Made by a program: the position numbers and the translations under genes. DNA of 64,000 nucleotides, taken from the NCBI GenBank assembly GCA_964016885.1, contig OZ024743.1, positions 328,724,001 to 328,788,000 of the forward strand, written 5' to 3'. The notes beneath the pieces are model-generated. The model was not told the DNA's origin, searched no databases, and was given only the letters and a program-made list of their open reading frames with translations. The DNA comes from Eledone cirrhosa (lineage: Eukaryota). Below, one piece after another: positions 42,244-56,708 of this stretch (position 1 is its first letter; every line of letters begins with the position of its first letter).

Positions 42244-42619
42244 TCTATGTATATACCCTTACGACATTGTTACACATAAACACAGACACACACACACATA
42301 CGCACACACACACGGGTGCGCAAACACATCAACAATACACGTGCCGGTGAGAAGTGTACGTGGTTGCTCGACATGGTAGAAATAGTAGCCAAAGCTTTCT
42401 AAATAGTCTCCTACCATACTGATAAAGAGAAGGACATGTGCATCAATGTAGTCCACACTAAGGAATGACCACAGATCGAAATATTCACCATACGTTAACT
42501 GGATAAAGCTTGACTTGGGGCCAAACAACATGCACACACAGAAATACACACACACACACACACGTAAGTGTCCATACACACACACACACACACACACACA
42601 TAGACACATAGACACACAT

Positions 42620-43270
42620 GTGGGAATAGTCTCAGACATTGATGTTGAATGGATTTCCGTCAGTATCGACGGTGAGCGTCCAGTTGTTCCATCAATCGAG
42701 CCGTCTGCTCGTGAAATTAACGTGTAAGTGGCTGAGCATTCCACAAACATGTGCATCCTTAACACATGCCCATTGAATTATAGGTACCCTCGGGTCTCAA
42801 ATAATAGGGTGGTGGGTTGGAAATCAATAATTTTTCTAGGTTGTCTCCGTTGAATTTTTTTTTAAAACCAGAATTAGTCGTTTAGTTTACATATTGAGAC
42901 CCCAGCCCATCCTATTTACTTTATAACGTTTGGGATTTCTTGTAAATGTACGTTTTTTGTCACGTATAGTGTTTGTTTTTTAATCTATAAAGAAAATTAA
43001 TTGTCGCAGGAATGCAACCACTTAAAATAAAATTTCGCCAAGGATAGAGTAGCAAAATTTAATGGAGGCGGAACTGGGGTCTGAATAAGCGGGAGGGAGA
43101 GCGATTATTCGAGACCCGAGAGTACAACTCATTTTTGCCAGCTGAGTGGACTAGAGCAACTTGAGATAAAGTGTTTTGCACTAGGACACAAAGCACGTTC
43201 GCATATCGATCTCACGACATTGCGAACACAAGTAAAACACCCCCCTGACCACTGAGCTGTGTACCTTCAC
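42620..43270 (-). mobile_element. SINE family B split by a MITE
   Basis: gaattataggTA[MITE]TAcaactcatttttgccagctgagtggact restores the SINE body. Confidence 0.8.
42787..43122 (+). mobile_element. Complete 336-bp Tc1/mariner-type MITE with TA target duplication
   Basis: TA-ccctcgggtctcaaataat ... attattcgagacccgagag-TA, 19-bp imperfect TIRs. Confidence 0.88.
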
Positions 43271-43551
43271 CACACACATTACATAAGAACACACACACAC
43301 ACATATATGTATTGTCAGCCGACAAACATAGAAACATGTACACATGCAAGTAAAAGTGTGCCCCCCCCCCCCCCATATATATATATATAGTAGTAAGAAA
43401 CTCTCAGGAGAGCTGGACAACAGAAGGTCTTCAGAGAAGAAACACCCGTAAATACACACACATATGCATATACATGACGTGAACCTAAACATCGAATGCT
43501 CACCTGGGTGAATCTACAGTAACTTCACCTTACAACGTTACACTTCCTGGG

Positions 43552-43583
<32 letters not shown>

Positions 43584-43797
43584 AAAATGGAACGGGAACA
43601 AAACAGAGAGGTAGTACGAACAAAGGTTTATTAGTTTCACGCTCTTGGGAGTGGGGTGTGGGGTGTGTGGGAGTGTGTGTGTGTGTGTGGGGGGGGGTAT
43701 ATACCCAGGGAGTGTGACGTGAAGTTACTATCCAGGAAAAACTTGAACCGTTAACGTCTCATTCTTGGTTATGTCAATATTTATAAAACAAACTTTG

Positions 43798-43858
43798 TAT
43801 TTTATCTGATGAGGGCGTACCAAAGTGTTGGAACCCTTGAAATATATATAATAGAATA
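43798..43858 (+). ncRNA. Putative type I minimal hammerhead ribozyme, H1-related
   Basis: tattttat-CTGATGA-gggcgtaccaa(agtg)ttggaaccctt-GAAA-tatata-TA-atagaata. Confidence 0.75.
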
Positions 43859-44407
43859 AGTATGGTTTTATAAATATAGTTTCCATTTATTTAATATCCT
43901 TGATATTATACTCCAGAAAACTTGTCGAGTGCTTCGAATCAGTTATAAACATATATATTTGTTGAATTATCAACAAATTAAATATCCCTTTTGCTTATAT
44001 ATATATATATATATATTACACGTGTGTTTATATAAGGTATATATACTCGTCGCGTACACACATCTTCTGCGGAAGTCTACATTTTTTACCTGTTAATCTA
44101 CAAAACAAAGGTGTGTGTACATAAAAACAGACACATACTAATGGAATAGTACTCATTACACTTACAACCACACACACACACACACACATTTCATACACAC
44201 ACACACATTTCATAAAGTCTACGTAATGTGTCGGCGAATGTGTATATATGGAAGTACGTCTTTATATATATAATCTCTTAATCATATATATATCTCTTAA
44301 TCATATATATATATATATATGATTAAGAGACGAAGTTAGTCGTATAGAACGGTTCATAGCCTCGGTCGTTTCCTCACTCACTCAATGACCAATTAAGTTC
44401 GTATTAT

Positions 44408-44900
44408 AAGGCGGTGGATTGGTGGAATCGGTAGAGGGTCGGACGCCATGCCTTGCAGCATAGAGTTACGTCCCTTTACAATCTGAGTTCAAATCCCGCC
44501 GAGGTTAACTTTGCCTTTCATCCTTACGGGGTCAAGTACCAGTAATGCACTGGGATCGATTTAATCGACTTTCCCCTTCCCCCAAATTACTGGCCTTGTG
44601 TTTATAGTAGAAACCTTTATTATTGTTATTTTACCATTACAATTACTTATTTTATCTATTATCTATTATAAGTCTAGCAATGTAATCCTTATTGTTGTTA
44701 TTGTTACGGCCTATATAAGACACCATTATTTGGTAGCTTGGCAGTATCGGTAGAGGGTCGGACGCCATGCTTTACAGCATAGAGTTACGGCCCTTGCCAT
44801 TCTGAGTTCAAATCCCGCCGAGGTTAACTTTGCTTTTCATCCTTACGGGGTTGATAAAATAAAGTACCAGTAATGTACTGGTTAATTTCTGGCACGTAAA
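44408..44900 (+). mobile_element. Two family A SINEs (about 44408-44618 and 44738-44900)
   Basis: Head, B box gagttcaaatccc and core each occur twice. Confidence 0.85.
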
Positions 44901-44932
44901 ACCGGTGCCTAATATATATATATACATACATG

Positions 44933-44964
<32 letters not shown>

Positions 44965-45077
44965 CACACACATGTACATATATATACACATGCACATACA
45001 CACACACACATATATACACATACATACATGCACATACACATATATATATATACACATGCATATATATATATACACAC

Positions 45078-45111
<34 letters not shown>

Positions 45112-45632
45112 ATAGGGAGAGAGAGAGAGAGAGATACACAATATTATGTGTATATATACACATACACACTCGTATAAATATATATATAAATGTGCGTGTG
45201 TGTGTGTGTGTGTTGGTGCATTGGCACGTGTAAATGTGAAGTGGGAGGGGAATGTAGCAATAGAGAGGGGAGGGGGAGGAGAGGTGAGGAATTCCTTCGT
45301 AAAAGACCATCAAATCGTTAATAAGACTCCATTCACACCAAACAGCTAATTGTTAAAAGGAGAGCCGTGAAAGTGTGTATGTATATATGTGTGTGTACGC
45401 GTGTATATGTATGTGTACATACGTAAGTATTTATGTGTGTGTATGTGCATGATATTTGCTCTACGGTTCTTATATATTTGATATATATATTTATCCTTAT
45501 TGAGCCCTCTTTGGATTTTAGTCTTCACATTTATTATTATTACTATATATATATATATAGTGAAAAATTGAACAGGAACAAAACAGAGAGGCAGTACGAA
45601 CATATATACATATATATATATATGTATATATG

Positions 45633-45702
<70 letters not shown>

Positions 45703-45759
45703 TATATAAATGAAAAGTATAGAAATTGTTGTAGCGAGAAGCTAACAGTATTCCATAAC

Positions 45760-45833
<74 letters not shown>

Positions 45834-45868
45834 GTATATATATATATATATGTGTATATATATATATA

Positions 45869-45969
<101 letters not shown>

Positions 45970-46127
45970 GAAAAGTATAGAAATTGTTGTAGCGAGAAGC
46001 TAACAGTATTCCATAACATATATGTGACTATAGCGTCAAAATGGGAAAATAGTTAACATAAGATATGGGGAAAATAATTCAGACTCAATTCAAAAGGAAT
46101 CAGGATATAGATTTATCCAACAGAATA

Positions 46128-46162
<35 letters not shown>

Positions 46163-46164
<2 letters not shown>

Positions 46165-46290
46165 CTGTTGAAACGGCCGGAGCTCAGCCGTCGGGATCCT
46201 GATTCTTTTCCTATTACCCACTCTACTACCCATAGTATCGAGTACTCTGGTGCGTTATGGTCCACCTGGTTCCTTACCACACTTCCTTCG

Positions 46291-46292
<2 letters not shown>
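46163..46292 (+). mobile_element. Family P1 variant without the inverted arm
   Basis: GAAACggccggagctcagccGTCgggatcc plus the P1 tail; a deleted copy lies at 46560-46713. Confidence 0.72.
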
Positions 46293-46388
<96 letters not shown>

Positions 46389-46509
46389 ATATATATGTAT
46401 GTTTATGTATATATATACGTATGTATTTGTGTGTACGTATATATATATGTGTGTGTGGATGTATGCGCCTATATATGAAAGTGTACATACGTTTGTATTT
46501 GTGTGTACG

Positions 46510-46540
<31 letters not shown>

Positions 46541-46715
46541 TATATATATATATATATACATAGGAAAAAGTATGACTAAAATAGTCCAGAAATAGCCGTC
46601 GAAACGGCTTGAGCTCGGGGTCATACTTTTTCCTATTTCCCACTCTATATCCTAAGTATTGAGTACTCTGGTACGTTATTGTCCATCTGGTTCCTTACCA
46701 CAATTCCTTTGTTAT

Positions 46716-46752
<37 letters not shown>

Positions 46753-46812
46753 ATGTTTGTTGAGTGAGATGGTGTTGGTCGGAGTATCGCTTAAGGCTTT
46801 CTCTGTTTATGT

Positions 46813-46864
<52 letters not shown>

Positions 46865-46869
<5 letters not shown>

Positions 46870-47365
46870 ATAAACGTGCTGCGTGGTTGCTAATGGGTTA
46901 CATATGAATAAAGTTAGTCCTTCATCAGTGATCTTCCAACCATCATTGGTATTTCATCGCTTTAAAGACCACATACCTCCGGTTGGTGCGAGCAACGGCT
47001 AAAAAAAGTAGTTGGGACACGTAAATAAAGGGGACACGAGAGTGTAAACAAAGATGGTGAAGCAACCCCGTTAGACCTGTACGGAATTCCTTCCTTGCTC
47101 ACATTCCAACCAGGTTTGGTCTTTATTCTCTCTCGTTCACGATTTCACCGAATTTATATTCATTGGAAATTTGGGACTTGACTCCTTCCTCACTTTTCGT
47201 TGCTTCACCATCTTTGTTTGTTTACACTCTCGTGTCCCTTTTATTTACGTGTCCCAACGACTTTTTTAGCCGTTGCTCGCACCAACCGGAGGTATATGGT
47301 CTTTAAAGCGATGAAATACCAATGATGGTTGGAAGATCACTGATGAAGGACTAACTTTATTCATA
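46865..47365. mobile_element. Family P2 element with about 165-bp inverted arms in (TA)n
   Basis: 46903-47066 is the reverse complement of 47199-47365; spacer about 130 bp. Confidence 0.85.
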
Positions 47366-48754
47366 TATATATATATATATATATATGAAAAAAAATATAT
47401 ATATAAATGAAGTATTTCCGTCGGAATACATATATATATATACATATTATATATATATACATTGTGTATGTGTGTAGATTTGTGTTCATGTACGAATGGT
47501 ACATAAAATTAAAACTAACACCACCACAGTACCAACTAAGCAAAGCTGCTGACAGGGTTTCGAATCTAGTTGAATCCAGCTAGGCCTTTTAACACGACAA
47601 ATGAATACGAGACATGTGATGCACACAAAACATGCATGTGATGCACGCATCAATGCATGTATCTGTGTGTTCATTTATATTATTACATAAAACACTTTCA
47701 CTCCTGCCGATTTTTATTAAGTTCGTACGTATGCAGACACACACACACACACATTGTTACGTACGTACACAAATATAGACACAAATACGTACGTATACTG
47801 ACATATACACATAATTGTTTCTACTTTTGGCACAAGGCCAGCAATTATCCCAGTGCATTACTGCTACTTTATTTTATCAACCCCGTAAGGATGAAAGGCA
47901 AAGTTAACCTCGGCGGGATTTGAACTCATACACATAATGACACACACATACGTACAGACACACACCAATATTCAGTCACATATACGTACGTATAGACATA
48001 CACGCAAAGAAACACACATACGTACAGACACAAATATAAACACATATACGTACGTATAGACACACACTGACACATACACACAAATACGTATAGACACAAA
48101 TATACAGACACATATACGTACGTATACAGACGTACACATATACACACAGGTATAGACATATATACACACATACGGGCGTAAAGATATACAGATATACATA
48201 CAACACACCAACAACATGTAAGTGTGTATCTGTGTGTGCGTGTATAAAAATGACTTTACGTAAAATTACATGGATGTAAACTACGAAAACACGCGAGTGC
48301 ACGATGTATATATAATATGTATATATAATATATGTATATATATGTCTATATAATATATATATATATCTATGCATGTAATGTCTGAATGTATTTGTGACCG
48401 TTTTTAAAGATGTATTTTCATGTTTTATCACTGATAAAAAGTACACACACCCAAGAGGGTTTGTATATGTATGTATGTTATGTGTGTACATATGTGTGTG
48501 TATATACATGTATATTTATATATATGTGTGCGTGTATGTATATATATATATGTGTGTGTGTATGTGTTGTCGTTTGTTTCTACACATACATATATTCATA
48601 CATAGCCGCACGATATTGTTAAGTGGAAGATAAAAAAGCATTTGTGTAGCAAAAGTGTGTAACTTAATCTATATCTAAGATTTAAGTAAAGAATGAGAGC
48701 AGAGCTGATGGTGGTGATGATAGTTAGAGAGAGAGACAGGTGTAGCTTGCGGCT

Positions 48755-49630
48755 GATGGTGGTGGTGGTGGTGGCTGTGTTAGTTAGATAGAGCGGTGAA
48801 GGTGGTGGCTGTGTTACTTAGAGAGAGCGGTGAAGGTGGTGGTGGTGGCTGTGTTAGTTAGAGAGAGAGGTGAAGGTGGTGGTGGTGGCTGTGTTAGTTA
48901 GATAGAGCGGTGAAGGTGGTGGTGGTGGCTGTGTTAGTTAGAGAGAGAGTTGAAGGTGGTGGTGGTGCTGTGTTAGTTAGAGAGAGAGGTGAAGGTGGTG
49001 GTGGCTGTGTTAGTTAGATAGAGCGGTGAAGGTGGTGGTGGTGGCTGTGTTAGTTAGAGAGAGAGGTGAAGGTGGTGGTGGTGGCTGTGTTAGTTAGAGA
49101 GAGAGGTGAAGGTGGTGGTGGTGGCTGTGTTAGTTAGATAGAGCGGTGAAGGTGGTGGTGGTGGCTGTGTTAGTTAGAGAGAGAGTTGAAGGTGGTGGTG
49201 GTGGCTGTGTTAGTTAGAGAGAGAGGTGAAGGTGGTGGTGGTGGCTGTGTTAGTTAGAGAGAGAGGTGAAGGTGGTGGTGGTGGCTGTGTTACTTAGAGA
49301 GAGCGGTGAAGGTGGTGGTGGTGGCTGTATTAGTTAGATAGAGCGGTGAAGGTGGTGGTGGTGGCTGTGTTAGTTAGAGAGAGAGGTGAAGGTGGTGGTG
49401 GTGGCTGTGTTACTTAGAGAGAGCAGTGAAGGTGGTGGCGGTGGCTGTGTTAGTTAGAGAGAGAGGTGAAGGTGGTGGTGGTGGCTGTATTAGTTAGAGA
49501 GAGCGGTGAAGGTGGTGGCTGTGTTACTTAGAGAGAGCGGTGAAGGTGGTGGTGGTGGCTATGTTAGTTAGAGAGAGCGGTGAAGGTGGTGGTAGTGTCT
49601 GTGTTACTTAGAGAGAGAGAGGTGAAGCTT
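48755..49630. repeat. About 40-bp minisatellite gtgaaggtggtggtggtggctgtgttagttagagagagag, about 22 copies
   Basis: Direct reading; degenerate monomers continue to about 50000. Confidence 0.93.
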
Positions 49631-50427
49631 GTAGTGGTGGTGGTAGTGGCTGTGTTAGAGAGAGAGAGGAGTGAAGCTTGCTGTTTGTAGTGGTGGTGGT
49701 GGAAGGGGTGTGGCTTGCGACTGGCAGTGATTGTGGCGGTAATAGTTAGAGAAAGAGAGATGTGAAGCATGCCGTATGTAGGTGGTGGTGAAAGTGGCAT
49801 TTCTTGTGGGTAGTGGGGTGATAGTTAGAGAAAGAGAGAGGTAAAGCTTGCCGTTTGTAGTGGGGGTGGTGGTGAAAGTGTCGTATCTTGAGGGTGGAGG
49901 AAGTGTTAGTTAGAGATAGAGAAAGGTGAAGCATGCCGCTTGTAGTTGTGGTGGGAGCGGTAACAGATAAAGAGGGTGACATGTGGTGGTGGGAGCGGTA
50001 ATAGTTAAAGAGGGTGGCATGTAGTGGTGGGTTCGGTGAAACAGACTGGTCACTCAGTGGTGGTGTTGGTAGTGATAATTATAGAGAGAGAGAGTGAGGG
50101 GGGGGGGGGGGCGCTTGCGACTGGCGGTGATGGGAGCGATGAAAAAAAGGGAAAAAGGTCACTCTGTGTGGAGATAGTGGGAGTGATGTGGTGGTGACAG
50201 TTATAAAGAGCTAGCTTTGTGTAGGTGGTAGTGGTGGCGTTGATAGTATTAGTGATAATAGTGCTAGGTCTAATGTGGTGGTGGTGGTGGTAATGATAGT
50301 AACAGTGATATTTATACAGAAGTACGGTGTAGTTGTTGGTGGTGGTGGTGATGTCGGTGATATGCAGAAAAGAGGGTAGATCGCTAGTGGTTGGGTGGGA
50401 GATAAGGATGGCTCCTGAGGGCAGCCG

Positions 50428-50462
<35 letters not shown>

Positions 50463-50483
50463 ATATACCCATGATCAAATATA

Positions 50484-50651
50484 TAATTGTTTCTACTTTT
50501 GGCACAAGGCCAGCAATTACCCAGTGCATTACTGGTACTTTATTTTATCGACCCCGTAAGGATGAAAGGCAAAGTTAACTCAGACCATAAAGGGCCGTAA
50601 CTCTTTGCTGCAAAGCATGGCGTCCGACCCTCTACCGATACTGCCAATCCA
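50484..50651 (-). mobile_element. SINE family A, deleted subfamily
   Basis: Core, head and tail motifs. Confidence 0.82.
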
Positions 50652-51636
50652 CAGCTGTAAACACACACGCACAGACACGTATATATATACAGGCTGTTCC
50701 TCCAAAATGTATACAAACAGCATTCTAATAAATATTGTCTGTACAGGTAATCAAAGTCTGTATACTGTTTTCGGGACACCCTGTATGTATCAAATTTAAT
50801 ATTGAAAAGGCTTCTACAAGACTAAAACTGTTTCATTCGAAAGAAACGGTTCTAGTGTTGTAGAAGCCCTTTTTTATATTAAATTTGATGTATACACTCT
50901 ACTAATGTATTGAGTAACTTACTGCAGTTACAGTTTTATTTCACTCTCTATTCCTCTGTGAATATGTCACAGTTGCCAGTATGTTTTGTTGCCAGTATGC
51001 CAGTTGCCAGTATGTTTTGTTGCCAGTATGCCAGTTGCCAGTATGTTTTGAGAATATCAGACAGCGGTGTTTCAAGATTTGTTAATCTTTCATCGGTGAC
51101 ACTCTCACAACCCGTACTGGCATCGAAAAAAACTGGAGTCTACATAGAATTTTGTGTGATGAGCATTTGCTGGAAATGTTCATTTTCCTAGAGTGTGAAC
51201 ATAGCTGGTTATATTTAATTGGCGGTAGCAATAAGACAGCGTTTAGCATAATAGAGGTGTATATAAAAAACACATATAAACATATTATATGTTTATATAC
51301 GATAAACATATGGGTAGACTCGCTATCAAAGAAAAAAATATATACACACACATATGTGTGTGTGTGTGTATATATATATACATATATATAAATGAGAGGT
51401 ATAGAGATTGTTTTAGCGAGAAGCTAACAGCATTCTATAACATATATGCGACTATAACGTCAAGATGGGAAAAGTAGTTAACGTAAGATTTAGGAAAAAT
51501 AATTCAAACTCATCTCAAAAGAGAATCAGGATATAAATTCATCCACAGAATTTAGTGAAATCCAGGGAAAAATCAATAGACCTTTAACTCATGATAAAAT
51601 AAAGTTTAAAACACTTGTATATATATACATATATAA

Positions 51637-51826
51637 ATAGGAAAAAGTATGACCCCGACGGCAGAGCTCAAGCCGTTTCGACGGCTAGTCCAGAAATAGC
51701 CGTCGAAACGGCTTGAGCTCTGCCGTCGGGGTCATACTTTTTCCTATTACCCACTCTACTACCCTAAGTATTGAGTACTCTGGTGCGTTATGGTCCATCT
51801 GGTTCCTTACCACAACTCCTTCGTTA
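51637..51826 (+). mobile_element. Family P1 fold-back element
   Basis: About 51-bp arms around a roughly 10-nt loop, then the tail. Confidence 0.8.
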
Positions 51827-51883
51827 TATATATATATATGTGTATATATATTAATAAATATAGACATTCATGTGATCAAATAC

Positions 51884-51947
51884 ATTTTATTATATATATT
51901 TCAGAGGTACTGAGGTATTTCATAAGTACGTCCTCATCAGATAAAAT
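51884..51947 (-). ncRNA. Putative type I minimal hammerhead ribozyme, family H1
   Basis: Minus strand: attttat-CTGATGA-ggacgtact...agtacctct-GAAA-tatata-TA-ataaaat. Confidence 0.78.
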
Positions 51948-51998
51948 AAATTGATGTCTGACATACCTCAACTATGCTGATGGCTCAATTCCAGTCTT

Positions 51999-52033
<35 letters not shown>

Positions 52034-52091
52034 AGGCGAAACTCCAGAGTAACAAAATGAATATTACAACTCTATTGCGGTATTGAGTACT

Positions 52092-52172
<81 letters not shown>

Positions 52173-52187
52173 GTATGTGTGTGTGTT

Positions 52188-52510
52188 TGAAGGTGCGTAG
52201 CTTAGTGCTTAGGGTATTCGGCTTACGATTGTAAAGTCTTGAGTTCGATACTCGGCAGCGTGTTGTGTCCTTGAACAAGACACCTTATTTCACGTTGCTC
52301 TAGTCCACTCAACTGGCAAAATTGAAGAAAAACCTGTCAGATGTAATTCAAGGGATCAGCCTTGTCACACGCTGAGTCTCCCTGAGATTTATGTTAATGG
52401 TATGCGAATCTGTGAAATGCTCAGCAATTTCAGATTAATATCACAGGCTGGCTGTTCCATTGATCAGACAATTGGAATAAGCATCGTCGAAATCAACGGA
52501 GGTCCAACAC
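52188..52510 (+). mobile_element. Near full-length SINE family B
   Basis: tagcttagtgc A box, gagttcgatac B box, ccttgaacaagacacc core. Confidence 0.85.
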
Positions 52511-53316
52511 ACACATACTGACATATGTAAGAAGCTGGTGGCTTACTCGGTTGCAACGCAGGAGCTTTCGCTATGCAAGAGCGCCCACATGACAAAAGGA
52601 CCACATGTAGCGATAGCCAGAATAATCAGCGTCTTAGAAATACCACATGTATTGAGTCCTCCTTTAGTTTGTGCACCAAGCACACACTCATATATATATA
52701 TATAATAGTAATGGGTTTAATCGAAGTTGCAGCTACAAGTAGCGCATCTCCCTTACCATCCTCCAGGGAAACACCTTCTCCATTCTGTCCGCCGGGGCTA
52801 TGGGGAGGCCAGCACGTGGGTGCCCCATTTGCTCACCATACGGAGAGATGGGGAGGGCCAGAGAGATGGAGGCGATGACAGAGGGAGTTCGACTGACTGA
52901 TTCCTGTAGCATTCATTTGCCGTTGTCACATTATATCATATCCCCTTATGTCCCTTCCAATATAGAAAATTGTTGAAGGTATTTATAAATTTAAGAGAGT
53001 TAAAAAAACAAATATTTACACATTAGAACGCATTGTCCTCAGTAGCAGACTAGCCTCGACCTTCGAAGACTGTCACAAAGCACTTGATGACAGAGTAATT
53101 AATACATTTCTCCTCAGAGTGAACACAAGAAGCTAGGTAATAGTGACACAAAGAATAATGTGAACAGAGGCATGTTGCCACATTAAAACTACAACAACGA
53201 AAATACAGACAGGTTAAAACGAACTGGACCTGATCGATAGATATTAATCGATAATATGTATATATATATACATATATAAATGGCGTAGACATTACAATAC
53301 AACGGGAAGAAACATA

Positions 53317-53550
53317 ATAGTACCAGTGATGATGTCACAGGTGTGTGACGAAAGAACTTTGATAGACTATATATATATTTATATCTGTATTTTTAACCGT
53401 TGGTCAATCAATGAGAAAAATTGATTGCCAGATAAATTAACTATGGAGATATAAAAGATAGAGAAGCAAAAAGCAATCCAAACCAAACAGTGAGTGTGTT
53501 TTATTATTTCTGGCAATATAACAATATGACCCTCCCTAAATATAACAATA
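53317..53550 (+). mobile_element. TA-anchored element related to 2515-2710, with a decayed hammerhead (C3>G)
   Basis: gTGATGA-t-gtcaca(ggtg)tgtgac-GAAA-gaac-TT; 3' end atgaccctccc.aa.tataacaat. Confidence 0.6.
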
Positions 53551-54130
53551 CACACACACATATATATATACATATTATATATAGTTATAAATAGATATAT
53601 GTAAAAAGCTGCAGGGTATTAACCTCTTTAGTGCTACTGACACAATACAATGCACTTAGTATATTCTGTAAAGTGATTAGTGCTTGGAAGACCAACTAAC
53701 TGCAGAAAACACACCCAAGACGGTGGGGAAGGGGGCTTAAGTTGTGTCAAGGACATGACAACCTCTCTAAAATTGGTACCACGATAAAATGTACTCAATA
53801 CACTCTGTAAAGTGTAGGAACGCTCGTAAGCAAGGCGGCGGCCCCGGGCTCGTCAGATTGATTGCTGACTTGGACTGGGACGATCCGTCCAAACTATCAT
53901 GGCATTCACGACTTGCCAAACCCATGCTAAAATTGACGTTATATAATTGGATTAATCTCTGGTGATAATAGTTTGTTATATATACAGAGTCTGCGGTGCT
54001 GAGACAGGAGATCACTAATCATGGGAGTACTCAATATATGGGGAGTTGCAGATAGGGTATGACTATACCCTTGAAAAATTGTTGCTGAACACACAAACTG
54101 AAACCGCTTGGTGCCGCGGACGGGATCTTA

Positions 54131-54232
<102 letters not shown>

Positions 54233-54233
54233 A

Positions 54234-54278
<45 letters not shown>

Positions 54279-54404
54279 TGTAATAAACAACATAAGACAA
54301 TTATTCCATTTACCAAATGTTTCACGAAGACAGACGAGCTCAACAGAGACGCCTGAAATCGCTCATGAAAACCATATCAGAATACATCAGAATACATATA
54401 TATA

Positions 54405-54565
54405 GCAGATAGGGTGTGGTAAAAACCAGGTGGACCATAACCCAGCAGAGTACTCGATATTTGGAGTAGTAGAGTGGGTAATATGAAAAGATTCAGGACT
54501 CCGACTGCTGAGCTCCAGCCTGTTCGACAGCTAGTTCGGAGTTCAGCCGTCGGGATCCTGAATCT

Positions 54566-54572
<7 letters not shown>
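54405..54572 (-). mobile_element. Diverged family P1 fold-back element
   Basis: atgaaaagattcagga...tcctgaatcttttcat arms plus a homologous tail. Confidence 0.7.
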
Positions 54573-54606
<34 letters not shown>

Positions 54607-55034
54607 AGTCCACCTGGTTGCGATGGGGTTGTTAGAACTCAAAGTGTTCTTGGAAGGATGGTTGCAGTGAGATTCGGCAGTTCTTGTGGTAGGGGATCAC
54701 CACCTACGCTATCCTTGAAGAAAATCCGACCGGGTTACAGAGTCACTTACAACGACGGGAGCCACTGAGTATAGTTTCACTTGAACTTGATAATATATCC
54801 TTTTGATTGACTTTCGTCAAATCGGACCGAGGAAACAAAGTTTCCATGGGTCTTTTCAATTGCTAATACTATCTATCGGTCGCAACCCCAGGTAGAAGGA
54901 GCAACGTGAAATAAAGTGTCTTGCTCAAGGACATAACGCATCACCCGGTCCAGGAATCGAACTCAACCTCACGATTGATATATGTATATTAAATATAGGG
55001 GTTACATTTTGTTGAGAAATATTTCACCTAGATA

Positions 55035-55080
<46 letters not shown>

Positions 55081-55517
55081 GGCCTCAGCCTGTCGGCTGG
55101 AGCACGTAATAGAGTAATATATATATATATATATGGTGGTGGTGGTGTGTGTGTGTGTGTGGGGGGGGGGGTAATTAAACATAGGTGAAATATTTCTGAA
55201 AAAAGTAGCTTTAGGTTGCCTAACTAAGACTATATCCACAGGAAAAGATTCTTGTGAAGTGTTCTTTACTGGGATAAAGCCCTCAAGAATTTTGTATAAG
55301 ATGTTTTAAATAAATAAATAAATATATATATATATATATATATAACGATATTAACAAATGGAAACTATATTTATAAAACCATATTTATAAATATAGTTTC
55401 CATTTGTTAACATCGTATTTTTACTCCAAATATTTGTTGAGTGCTTTATATCAGTTATAAAAATATTTGCTTGTTGTATCCCAACAATTTAAATAGAACT
55501 TTTACACACACACACAG

Positions 55518-55563
<46 letters not shown>

Positions 55564-55759
55564 CATATATACACTTTATCAGTAAACACGCAACACCCTG
55601 TTCCTTCTAAATACATATATACATACATAGGAACTTTATGATTATTTCAGGTTTTTTCCGTCTGAAGAGCTCAAGCTATCATAATTGGTAGTCCCCAGTG
55701 AAATATATATAACGGAGATTGAAATAAACCTGAATCAACTGAATATGGACTCCAATTTA

Positions 55760-55829
<70 letters not shown>

Positions 55830-56186
55830 CGTAAAACCTCGTCCACTAGAAGGACCCAAATATTAGCATATTAGCATTGAGTGCTCAAACTGGTGAATTA
55901 CATGTAACTAAACCTATCACACCAATAAAAAATACATAAAAATACATAAAAAAAATACAGGCAAACGTTAAAACATAATATAAATTATAATAAAGTAAAA
56001 AAAAATATATAAAAGATAAAAATAAAAAATAAGAATAAAATAAAATGAAATAAAATAAAATAAAATAAATTAAAATAATTAAAACGACAAATAATATAAT
56101 AGAAAATAAAAAATGAATAAAAAATAATAAAAAATAAATTAAAATAAAATAAAATATAAAAAATATATTAAAATAATAATAAATAT

Positions 56187-56253
<67 letters not shown>

Positions 56254-56381
56254 AATATAAAAAGCAAAAAACAATAACAAGGAGTGCAGTTACGAACCCC
56301 ACCCCCACCTCCATTCTCAAGAGAGTTAAACTAATAAACATTTGTTCGTACTGCCTCTCTCTTTTGTTCCCGTTCCATTTT

Positions 56382-56433
<52 letters not shown>

Positions 56434-56474
56434 ACAGGCTCTGTCTCTCTCTCTCTATATAAATATACCACAGG

Positions 56475-56505
<31 letters not shown>

Positions 56506-56510
56506 CCACA

Positions 56511-56561
<51 letters not shown>

Positions 56562-56635
56562 AATGAAAAGTATAGAAATTGTTTTAGCGAGAAGTTAATA
56601 GTATTCTATAACATATATATATATATACCACAGGC

Positions 56636-56708
<73 letters not shown>

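Noticed and set aside
50900-51240. Possible minus-strand exon or transposase fragment
   Set aside because: Stops in the plausible frame, an internal 29-bp duplication and no recognisable motif.
54611-54893. MITE with cctgg(gg)ttgcga termini
   Set aside because: TIR is short and gapped, target duplication is unclear, and it is single-copy here.
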